Of a stretch of 64,000 nt of DNA, positions 46,701 to 53,221 are shown piece by piece. A program made the translations under genes and the position numbers. Origin of the DNA: Patescibacteria group bacterium. Lineage in GTDB: Bacteria; Patescibacteriota; Patescibacteriia; UBA11705; DATKZF01. Position 1 is the first letter of the stretch, and the number at the start of each line of letters is the position of its first letter. The stretch is taken from NCBI GenBank assembly GCA_049319825.1, contig JBMORT010000009.1, forward strand, positions 3,349-67,348. Direction: 5' to 3'. The notes beneath the pieces are model-generated. The model saw nothing but the letters and a program-made list of their open reading frames with translations. It was not told the DNA's origin and did not search any database.

Positions 46701-49252
46701 TGGACGGAAAATCTGGATTTAGTTTTTCACAAGAAAAAGAAGAACAATATAAACAATTCAAAAAATTAAAATTAAGAAAATTAGACGAAATCGAAGATGC
46801 TACACAACTAAAAGAAAAATATCCGAACATGAATATTGATAATATTTTATATTCGCAAGAGCAATCAGGGGATGAAGTATTTGATGATTTTAAGGACAGA
46901 CTTTTAGCCGAGAGGGAAGCAAAAAAACAACAGATCGAAATACGGAGAGAAAAAGCTGAAAAAAACTGGGCCGTAAAATTGGAAAGGTCCAGAATTTACA
47001 AAACTATAATCAAAAGAAGGAAAGAGGTTAAAAATATAAAAGGTTTTTTCAAACTATCCGATGTTGACTTGAAACGCATAAATGGCAAGGATTGGCGATT
47101 TATGGATGAGGTTGAATATAAAATGTTTTTAGATGAAATAAAAAGAAAAGCCATGCAATTCACGGAAAAGAGAGAAGCTAAAAATAAATTGATGGCCACT
47201 ATACAAAGTAAAGAATTGAAAAATACCGACGATCTAAGAAAAGCAATGAAGCTCCCGTCAATTGATCAAATGACAGTCGCGCAAATGGAGCAATTCAATA
47301 AAGCACTCGAGCCGTACATGGAAGGAGATGTGTTTTTAAGTCAAAGGTTATTGGAGACTGTTGAAAATACAGAGCTGGGAGAATATAAAACATATAGGGA
47401 AGTTCAAGAACATCTATCTAAAAAGCTGGGGGTTCCGATCGCCGAATTAAAAGAAATTAAAGCCGGCTGGGTTGAAAAGTCTTTATATGACACTGCTTTG
47501 GCAAGGAAAAATCCATTTTATGCTTATGTTATAGATCAATTCAATAAATATGAATTGCAAGCTACAAAGGAATATTTGGATAGGAAAAAAGAAATAAATG
47601 TATTGGTTAATAAGGCAAGGAAATCCAGAGAACGAAGTTTGTTTGATAAACTTATTCCTACGGATAAAATCGTATTTGAATATTTGGAAAGCAACGATGC
47701 TTTAAAAGAGAAGTTATCGGAAGGAATGACAAAAGAAGAATTGGACTTGGCTGGATTTCTACAAGCTGATTTTTTCAGGATGCGCAATGAATTGATAAAA
47801 AAAGAAGCGTTAAAAAAATATAGAGAAAATTATATTACTCATGTGCAGCGAGGATTTTTAGAAGCGGTTAAGGATGGTGGATTAAAGGCTGGATTTGTGG
47901 AAATGTTTAAAAAATATAAATTTGAGGAAGCATATTTTAATATCATTGATGAAACCGGAAACGTCCTTGCGCTTGAAAAATTCTTTTCAAATTCATTACA
48001 TAGGACTGGGGAAGTCAGCCCTACTCAAAATGTCGCAAAAGCTTATTTAACTTATGTAAAATCTTTTGAAAAGAAGATGGCTTTAGATTCTGTAATTCCG
48101 GAAATAATGGCATATTCTCAGGTTTTAACAAAGGATGTCCGGACCCCGCGGGGACTTGTAAAAGATAAAACATTGATTACTTTTATGAAAAAGTGGATCA
48201 ATAATAAAAAGGGGCGGCGTCATAAATTATTTATTGAACAGGGAAATAGATTAGACGCTTTCATAAAAATATTAAATTCATTTATTACGCTTCGAGACCT
48301 GGGTTTTAATGTATATACTTCAATAGCTTCAAGGGTCGGAGAAAATGTAACAAATTTCGCTACGTTGGGCTTGAAAAAGTATGCTCTTGGTAGGGCGAGG
48401 GCAACCACTCAAAATGGCAGAAAAATATCAAAGCAATATGAAAATTTCATTGGAGAAAATCCGTTTTTAGATATAATACATGATTCAAGTCAGCACATTG
48501 GCGAAAAAACAATGAGGATGGCTTTTATTGGATTTGCGGACGCCACATATAGGTCAAATAAACACTTTCTCCTTGGATCAATGACGAAAGAAGAATATGA
48601 AAGCGGGGAAATTTCGGACCAAAGATTGGCTGAATTGAGACGCGAAATGGGCAAGTATAGAGTCGTGGAAGGAGCAAAATCAATAATGGGAAGCACGACT
48701 GAGGGCGAAATGTTTTTGAAGTATAGAAGTTGGGCCGTGCCGACTTTGATGACAACTTATAGCAATATCAAAACATTGATTAAAATGGCCGGACAGAAAA
48801 AATTCGCAAAAACTGAATTTTTAGAATTGACAAGAATAACACTTATATCAATAAGTATGTATTTATTAATGGCTACTTTGTTTGATGACGATGATGATAG
48901 CTTTTTGGGGAAACTGGCAACAAAGGCAAAAAGAGAATCGATGTCTTTAATTGAAGCATTAAAACCCACAACGTGGGCGAGTACATTTAGGATGCAAGCT
49001 TTTTTCATTGACTTGGCAAAAAACGTTATGTCAATGATCAATATGGAAAAATATAAAACAAAAGAGGGATATAAGGGGTGGGAGGGATTGAAAAAAACAT
49101 TAAAGCCGACTATGGTCAGTCAGATACAAGGATTTTTTGGAAACGAAAAAGAAGACGAAAAGTCTTCTGCGTTGCCAAGCCTGCCCAAATTACCGTCCCT
49201 TCCTCAATTACCCGGCTTGCCGGCGTTGCCGTCTTTACCTTCCTTACCATAA
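43724..49252 (+). CDS. Giant virion/ejection-type protein (1842 aa) with an embedded zeta-toxin-like P-loop kinase domain and a C-terminal (LPxLP)n repeat
   Basis: Walker A GVPASGKST. The LVDSDQIKKMLPEY and ASSLHLESAMLADD blocks (nt ~45950-46420) fit the zeta-toxin/PezT UNAG-kinase fold. C-terminal TM helices are ITLISISMYLLMATLF followed by a DDDDD stretch. The tail is LPSLPKLPSLPQLPGLPALPSLPSLP. Confidence 0.7.
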   Translation: MFQGLFTQSKTVATNQKTGGTAKPSFSGLFSNRGEQKAQKNNKFAGAVISADQKKVGMFKDLFKVGKKGYERAGDIASKKWSETKEFVKKYPTPLEYISQRKYEGWAGQNKSLSIRKQYGFALPEITDLTKSGFDPELLEKANDFKSIPLRHKITQFSLRTQTQLVDQVSRSFAFTTDYIMKDPVRAAALRDMAKNPSILGGFKAGATYAAGKFVEKTNTGKMLKDKWVNFYDGLKEKGIIPTDKAVQLANTMKQLPYMQNRKEWEGAPLKDKMTKYLGETLYNLGPSLFASVATYAASPSFGFSVTASSTAYDVKEDAIRYGVDEKKAENLGLITGLLVASLDKIVPDKAFSKNIKNKFIGNFAKRIIKSNVLEAGTEMGQENIQILAEATFRDDLGWDEIKTRNAMAALGGLAGGSAMESISTFSNTVQRDALFEDIRNIKPGFTVEEVYDDNLMNEAKKYKTAEDFIVAAENKKIDVSSIAEWSDLKFSDLGKIGNIKTKSPIFKKKVKDVSTEIYEKTAREIFENAKKNGESWAKNRRYESVFSEAFARATEKLTRGGRIGEKEVLDGWSRKVLKEIWTTAQYKTKSPSDTKRALSEDRLVNVNNKTHKYKSVKEQVKIPYAKSLIQKAFDKDLPNKTPEYIQDLLVKLRDEEARAIRNGVDTSKTSYTQAGFINENLKQALDNVIKTKSQLQEKFEYNTPAIIEAREKAMSIPETINIQTEERNNLRDKIVREYYGTGAKNKNRRADLVLGVPASGKSTFFGDHLVNKYGSLLVDSDQIKKMLPEYENGIGASSLHLESAMLADDIILSNAIQNGDNVVLPRLGKNEKTMIELINLLNDSGYDVHLHYMDLPIKEAVKRIISRFNETGRFVDPQFLIEKVDGKPKIVYNAIKSRKEIRSYEAYSNDVPKGTKPKLIEKSVYDAGRDGRIQQSRGDQDFAKIRSKKEREIKQTQKKSENEYFSDNGSVFEYKEMSKEETKTMQQAFGVVDGKSGFSFSQEKEEQYKQFKKLKLRKLDEIEDATQLKEKYPNMNIDNILYSQEQSGDEVFDDFKDRLLAEREAKKQQIEIRREKAEKNWAVKLERSRIYKTIIKRRKEVKNIKGFFKLSDVDLKRINGKDWRFMDEVEYKMFLDEIKRKAMQFTEKREAKNKLMATIQSKELKNTDDLRKAMKLPSIDQMTVAQMEQFNKALEPYMEGDVFLSQRLLETVENTELGEYKTYREVQEHLSKKLGVPIAELKEIKAGWVEKSLYDTALARKNPFYAYVIDQFNKYELQATKEYLDRKKEINVLVNKARKSRERSLFDKLIPTDKIVFEYLESNDALKEKLSEGMTKEELDLAGFLQADFFRMRNELIKKEALKKYRENYITHVQRGFLEAVKDGGLKAGFVEMFKKYKFEEAYFNIIDETGNVLALEKFFSNSLHRTGEVSPTQNVAKAYLTYVKSFEKKMALDSVIPEIMAYSQVLTKDVRTPRGLVKDKTLITFMKKWINNKKGRRHKLFIEQGNRLDAFIKILNSFITLRDLGFNVYTSIASRVGENVTNFATLGLKKYALGRARATTQNGRKISKQYENFIGENPFLDIIHDSSQHIGEKTMRMAFIGFADATYRSNKHFLLGSMTKEEYESGEISDQRLAELRREMGKYRVVEGAKSIMGSTTEGEMFLKYRSWAVPTLMTTYSNIKTLIKMAGQKKFAKTEFLELTRITLISISMYLLMATLFDDDDDSFLGKLATKAKRESMSLIEALKPTTWASTFRMQAFFIDLAKNVMSMINMEKYKTKEGYKGWEGLKKTLKPTMVSQIQGFFGNEKEDEKSSALPSLPKLPSLPQLPGLPALPSLPSLP

Positions 49253-49449
49253 TCTTTCTCCAACGCTTTATAAACGGAATACCATGAAAAAATAAAGAAT
49301 ATTGGCAAGAGTATTTCTTTATAATTTCCTTTATCTGTAATAAGGAAAATAACAAAAAACCAGATACACGCTCCTATAAAACTTTTGATATATAATTTTT
49401 TTTGTGGGGACATATTATGATATTTTATAATTCGTATTCTCGATAACAA
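49204..49449 (-). CDS. Small two-TM membrane protein
   Basis: 81 aa. It overlaps the 3' end of the giant gene on the opposite strand. Confidence 0.35.
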   Translation of the reverse strand: MLSRIRIIKYHNMSPQKKLYIKSFIGACIWFFVIFLITDKGNYKEILLPIFFIFSWYSVYKALEKDYGKEGKDGNAGKPGN

Positions 49450-49799
49450 TTATCAATTTTAGTTTGTTTATCAGCATCGGCTTTATTCCATGTGCTTGTA
49501 GCGGCCGAAATTGTGCCGTCATCGTTTTTAATGCCATTTAATTCCATATAAGTCCAATAACTTTCCTCAACTTTACTTAAACAATTATCAAGGCTCCATT
49601 TTTTCATTTTTTGTTTAAATTCCGTAGCTTCTTTTTCTTTTTGTTCGGCTTCAAAAATTGATTTTTCTTGATCTATTTGCATTTGTGTTTGTTTTTCTAT
49701 GGAATTTTGTTTGTTTAATTGAATGAGAATAAGACTGCCGCCAATGATCAACCCGCACATAATTATAGCTATTGATAAAATGATATATTTTTTATCCAT
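49425..49799 (-). CDS. Membrane-anchored coiled-coil protein (minus-strand moron-like gene)
   Basis: 124 aa. N-terminal TM ILSIAIIMCGLIIGGSLILI. It is driven by the minus-strand promoter at 49843-49871. Confidence 0.45.
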   Translation of the reverse strand: MDKKYIILSIAIIMCGLIIGGSLILIQLNKQNSIEKQTQMQIDQEKSIFEAEQKEKEATEFKQKMKKWSLDNCLSKVEESYWTYMELNGIKNDDGTISAATSTWNKADADKQTKIDNCYREYEL

Positions 49800-49842
49800 A
49801 ATTTTTAATTGATAATAATCCTATCTTCAAAATAACACCGAA

Positions 49843-49871
49843 TCATAGCAGTTGGCAATAGGGATGTCAAC
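49843..49871 (-). promoter_or_regulatory. Sigma70-like promoter (TTGACA-17-TATGAT) reading leftward
   Basis: On the minus strand, TTGACA is the reverse complement of 49866-49871 and TATGAT the reverse complement of 49843-49848. The spacer is 17 nt. Confidence 0.5.
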
Positions 49872-49878
49872 AGGGGGT

Positions 49879-49907
49879 TGACGATAAATAAAAAAGGCGA
49901 TATAATG
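49879..49907 (+). promoter_or_regulatory. Sigma70-like promoter (TTGACG-17-TATAAT) reading rightward
   Basis: TTGACG 49879-49884, 17-nt spacer, TATAAT 49902-49907. It lies 7 bp from the divergent promoter. Confidence 0.55.
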
Positions 49908-50495
49908 TTATCCACTTATCAGATTGAGTAATAGGCAATAAATTTGATATAGTGTGAATATAACAAAGACATTCCCTGAAAAGGGAACGTCTTTGCGAAT
50001 CCTAAGAAGCCGCCATTTTGGCGTCTTCTTCTATTTTCTTGCGTTTCCAGTAATCTGGATCAGCGAGAAAACAGAAGGCGCGACGGCCGACTTCTCTTGC
50101 CCATAATACTCGTCCATTGCGGAGAGTAATGTAGGGCCGGCAAATTATTTCTGCCATATTTTATGGTTAAATCCCAATAAACTATGTCAGAAACGAGGGA
50201 ATATTTCGTCTTCTGAGAATAGTTGGTATAGGAAACCTAATCCCAAAAGACAAAAAAAATCCCTTAGCCCGTATCCTGCAACCAACATTTTGGAAGAAAA
50301 TGATTGGCCGTAGTTGTCCTGGCAACCATTTAAGCTATGGCGCAGGATACCAGCTAAGGGATTCTTACTCTGGAATAACGGGCTTCATAGATAGAAAGAG
50401 GACAACTTTCTTTCTATGAACTGTAATTATAATTTATCAAAAGTTTTAAAATATGTCAAATATCCACAGCGAAAACGGCTAAAAATAGGGCAATA

Positions 50496-50524
50496 TTGAC
50501 AAATCGGTTTGCGTAAAGTATAAT
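50496..50524 (+). promoter_or_regulatory. Consensus sigma70 promoter (TTGACA-17-TATAAT)
   Basis: TTGACA 50496-50501, 17-nt spacer, TATAAT 50519-50524. It reads into the antisense of the tRNA. Confidence 0.55.
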
Positions 50525-50567
50525 GCTTTGTTATGGTAGAAGTGGAGACAAAAAAATACCTAGATAA

Positions 50568-50640
50568 AGGGGCGGGCAGACTCGAACTGCCAACTTAGGG
50601 ATTAGTAGTCCCTTGATCTGTCCAATTGATCTACGCCCCC
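50568..50640 (-). tRNA. tRNA with a canonical cloverleaf but an atypical anticodon loop CUACUAA (nominal anticodon ACU)
   Basis: The reverse strand folds into a complete cloverleaf: GGGGGCG TA GATC AATTGGACA GATC A AGGGA CUACUAA UCCCU AAGUU GGCAG UUCGAGU CUGCC CGCCCC U. The D-loop GG, the T-loop TTCGAGT, a 5-bp anticodon stem and a short variable loop are all present. Position 1-72 is a G-U wobble pair. CCA is not encoded. Confidence 0.6.
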
Positions 50641-50654
50641 TTATCTGGGTATTT

Positions 50655-50830
50655 TTATTTTAAACAAAACACGTCAATGGCAGACACTTCGCAGGGCGTT
50701 CCGGACATTCCGTTTACGACCCCACGATTTACCACTCGCGAGGCTCTTTCCTAAGAAAGTTAGCCCGACGAAGTGGCCACCATTAACGTGTTATTGACCT
50801 TGAAGTCTGCCATGCCTTGGTAAAGGCAAA
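50655..50830 (-). ncRNA. Candidate structured RNA upstream of (co-oriented with) the tRNA
   Basis: On the minus strand the 5' end ATGGCAGAC pairs with the 3' end GTCTGCCAT, enclosing about 125 nt. Nested complementarity includes GGCT...AGCC, CTTTC-TTAG-GAAAG and CCAC...GTGG. No ORF is present. Confidence 0.3.
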
Positions 50831-50951
50831 AATATTTCTTAATAATATTATATCACGCCTAAAAATCTTCTGCAAATAATTGTGGACAGCCGACTTGACA
50901 AACGATATTATCAATGTTAAATTATAAATAATAAAATAACAATGCGGTGAA

Positions 50952-50985
50952 CCCCTCTATATTTTCGAGGGGTTTTATTTTTCAA
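50952..50985 (+). terminator. Hairpin plus T-run terminator
   Basis: CCCCTC TATATTTTC GAGGGG followed by TTTTATTTTT. Confidence 0.5.
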
Positions 50986-51019
50986 AAAGTGTCCAACGAA
51001 TGTCCAAAAAATAAAACGA

Positions 51020-51208
51020 TTATAGAAATTTTTTCAAATTCTTTTTTAATTCTTCGCAGTTGATGTCTTTCGTGTAGTGATAATAAGTAGAGCGAGAAAG
51101 ACCAAGAAAATCAATAATATCCTGCGTTTTGATATTCTCATTGTCTTTAAGGCAATGCAAAATGCAGGCGCATATTTTTATAATTTTTTCTCTTTTTTCT
51201 TTGGTCAT
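51020..51208 (-). CDS. Small HTH regulator (excisionase/repressor-like)
   Basis: MTKEKREKIIKICACILHCLKDNENIKTQDIIDFLGLSRSTYYHYTKD. The start is at 51206-51208. TGTCCAA repeats flank the gene. Confidence 0.5.
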   Translation of the reverse strand: MTKEKREKIIKICACILHCLKDNENIKTQDIIDFLGLSRSTYYHYTKDINCEELKKNLKKFL

Positions 51209-51235
51209 AATGTCCAAGGAGTGTCCAAAAACGAC

Positions 51236-51265
51236 TTGACGATATTTTAAAATCAATGTTAAAAT
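51236..51265 (+). promoter_or_regulatory. Putative integrase promoter
   Basis: TTGACG 51236-51241, 17-18-nt spacer, TAAAAT-like -10. Tandem TGTCCAA repeats sit immediately upstream at 51211-51228. Confidence 0.4.
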
Positions 51266-51268
51266 CCA

Positions 51269-52192
51269 TTGTTATTTCAATTATACAATATGCGGTTAAG
51301 TTTGGCAATAAAACAATTTACGGAGTGGCGCGCGTTGAAGGTCGGGCAAAACACGAATCAAGGCTACGAATTGGTTTTGAAGCAATTTTGTTTGTTTATG
51401 AAAAACTGCGAGATTGAAGATGTGCAATTATCGCATATTGTTGAATGGTTTTCGATGATGCAAGAGCTCGGCTGGGATTCAAATAGTTTTGTAATCAAAT
51501 CAACCGCGTTGCGCAAATTTTTTGAGTTTAATAAAAAGCAGGGATTTGAGGTTTTGGATCCATGGTTTATTTTCACGCCCAAGGCAAAATTCAAAATTCC
51601 TCGCATTATTACCGAGGAAAACTACCAGAAGTTATTATCAGCCATACCTGATAATAACGATCCCCGTCATATACGAAACAAGGCTATAATTTCGCTTCTG
51701 TGGGACACGGGAGCCAGAAACGGGGAAATTGTCAGCTTAGATATTCAAGGCCTCGATTTGGTCAATTTCAAGGCTTTAATCTACACAGAAAAGTCGAAAG
51801 GGGCAAGGCCGGTGAGGGAGATGTTCTGGACAGAGGAAACGAATAAAAATCTCCTGCGATGGATTGACCGGCGAGAGCATTTGTCGCAAAAAATGAAATG
51901 GATTGATCCCGAGGCTCTTTTCGTCTGCGTCAGCTTCCATGCCGGAGAGAGATTGACGATCAAGGGTGTTGGAGAAATGCTACGCCGGTATTCTAATCAA
52001 GCAGGAATCGAAACGATGAACGCGCATAGTTTCCGTCATCACTTGGGCCGCGAAATTATTAAACGGGGCGGGACTAATGCCGATGTGATGAATGTTCTCG
52101 GCCATGCGACGCTGGAAAGCACGAAGCCCTATACATGGCTTGAAAATAAAGAAATCGAGAAGCGATATAGGAGTCTCAAGTTATCCACATAA
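51269..52192 (+). CDS. int: Tyrosine-type site-specific recombinase (phage integrase)
   Basis: 307 aa. An N-terminal SAM-like core-binding domain and a C-terminal catalytic domain with R (WDTGARNGE), HxxR (HSFRHHLGR) and the Y of TKPYTWL. Confidence 0.85.
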   Translation: MLFQLYNMRLSLAIKQFTEWRALKVGQNTNQGYELVLKQFCLFMKNCEIEDVQLSHIVEWFSMMQELGWDSNSFVIKSTALRKFFEFNKKQGFEVLDPWFIFTPKAKFKIPRIITEENYQKLLSAIPDNNDPRHIRNKAIISLLWDTGARNGEIVSLDIQGLDLVNFKALIYTEKSKGARPVREMFWTEETNKNLLRWIDRREHLSQKMKWIDPEALFVCVSFHAGERLTIKGVGEMLRRYSNQAGIETMNAHSFRHHLGREIIKRGGTNADVMNVLGHATLESTKPYTWLENKEIEKRYRSLKLST

Positions 52193-52198
52193 TAAAGG

Positions 52199-52453
52199 TT
52201 GGCAATAATTTTAAAGGGTGTTATCATACATATAGATAATAAAGAAAATTACTATATGTCTAAAGCATTCGGGTCAAAACCAGATTATAAAAGTATTAAA
52301 AAGGCGAAAAGATTAAGAAAAAGGGGGCTATCTTATCGGAATATAGTTAAAGTAATGGGGCGTCAAGATATCAAGACGATATTCCGCTGGATCAATAATT
52401 ACGACGAAAATCTTAAACGAATCAAAGTGGATAACTCGCTTGACAAAGTATAA
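52199..52453 (+). CDS. Small HTH-like basic protein
   Basis: KRLRKRGLSYRNIVKVMGRQDIKTIFRWIN. The start is possibly at 52256. Confidence 0.3.
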   Translation: MAIILKGVIIHIDNKENYYMSKAFGSKPDYKSIKKAKRLRKRGLSYRNIVKVMGRQDIKTIFRWINNYDENLKRIKVDNSLDKV

Positions 52454-52638
52454 AAGGTTGGCTATAATACAATCAAGAACATTGAAAACTTAAAATCAAA
52501 ACAAAGGATAACTGAGGTGTTTATTCCATGCGGTTCTGGCCAATAATATAAAAAATGCTGCGGTGGCTAATAAAAAGTCCGAAAAAGACTCAATGTTTTG
52601 TTGCTTTTAAAATGAAAAAGAAGCTTGTTAAGCTTCTT

Positions 52639-52998
52639 TTATTTTTTAGAAAAATTATTCAGACGCCACTGTCCGGCTTCCGGCCCACTGGTTGGCGGTA
52701 GCATGTCGCTCAGTTCTTCAGGATAGTATTTGGTGATGGTGACAGGGGGTGATTTCGTCGATGGAATGACCATTTTCTGTTCGAAGAAAATTCGAATCGC
52801 CTCGATAACCTGTTCGCCAAGCTCCGCCGGATGATCAAAATTTCTCATCAGGCATTGCCTGTCGGTGTGAATGTGCCCGGATTGATCGGCGTATTCAACA
52901 AACAGAAAAAGTCCATATTGCGTCCTTTTGGGAAATCCGGTGACAATATCCCACTTCAAGTAGATTTCCCTAATCGTTACTTCGATCGGGTAGGGCAT
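52639..52998 (-). CDS. queD: 6-pyruvoyl-tetrahydropterin synthase / QueD-like protein
   Basis: 119 aa, the right size for QueD/PTPS. It has a Cys (RQC), a His pair in GHIHTD and an FDHP Asp-His motif resembling the PTPS catalytic triad arrangement. The assignment is tentative. Confidence 0.4.
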   Translation of the reverse strand: MPYPIEVTIREIYLKWDIVTGFPKRTQYGLFLFVEYADQSGHIHTDRQCLMRNFDHPAELGEQVIEAIRIFFEQKMVIPSTKSPPVTITKYYPEELSDMLPPTSGPEAGQWRLNNFSKK

Positions 52999-53221
52999 GG
53001 AGTTCTCCTTTCCCTTTTTTCATGAAGGTTTTGTTAAATTACCAATTTTATTTTGATTTGTCAAATGCTGTTTGTGCACATTTTATTGTTGCATTTCAGG
53101 AAAAAGTTGAGTATACTAAACATCGATATCAATCTTCAAAATGATATAAGCCTGCTGCGATGCGGGCAAATGACATTAAATTCGTATAATTTGCATCAAA
53201 TAGTGCATTTGAATCGCTATT

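Larger units (their letters stand above)
18000..52600 (+). mobile_element. Integrated prophage-like element of about 34 kb between secA and secDF
   Basis: A contiguous block of phage-type genes (recombination, replication, HNH, terminase, portal, capsid, lysins, integrase) is bracketed by host secA and secD. Candidate att repeats containing a GGCAA(T/C)AAT motif lie at about 18.01, 49.93 and 52.19-52.57 kb. The boundaries are approximate. Confidence 0.6.

Noticed and set aside
50568-50640. Interpreting the tRNA as an amber suppressor (CUA)
   Set aside because: With a standard 7-nt loop the anticodon positions read ACU, not CUA. Suppressor identity would require a non-canonical loop register and cannot be asserted from sequence alone.
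50655-50830. Assignment of the structured region as SRP (4.5S) RNA
   Set aside because: There is partial similarity (GTCCGGAA, terminal pairing), but the apical motif does not fold like SRP helix 8. It is kept only as a generic ncRNA candidate.
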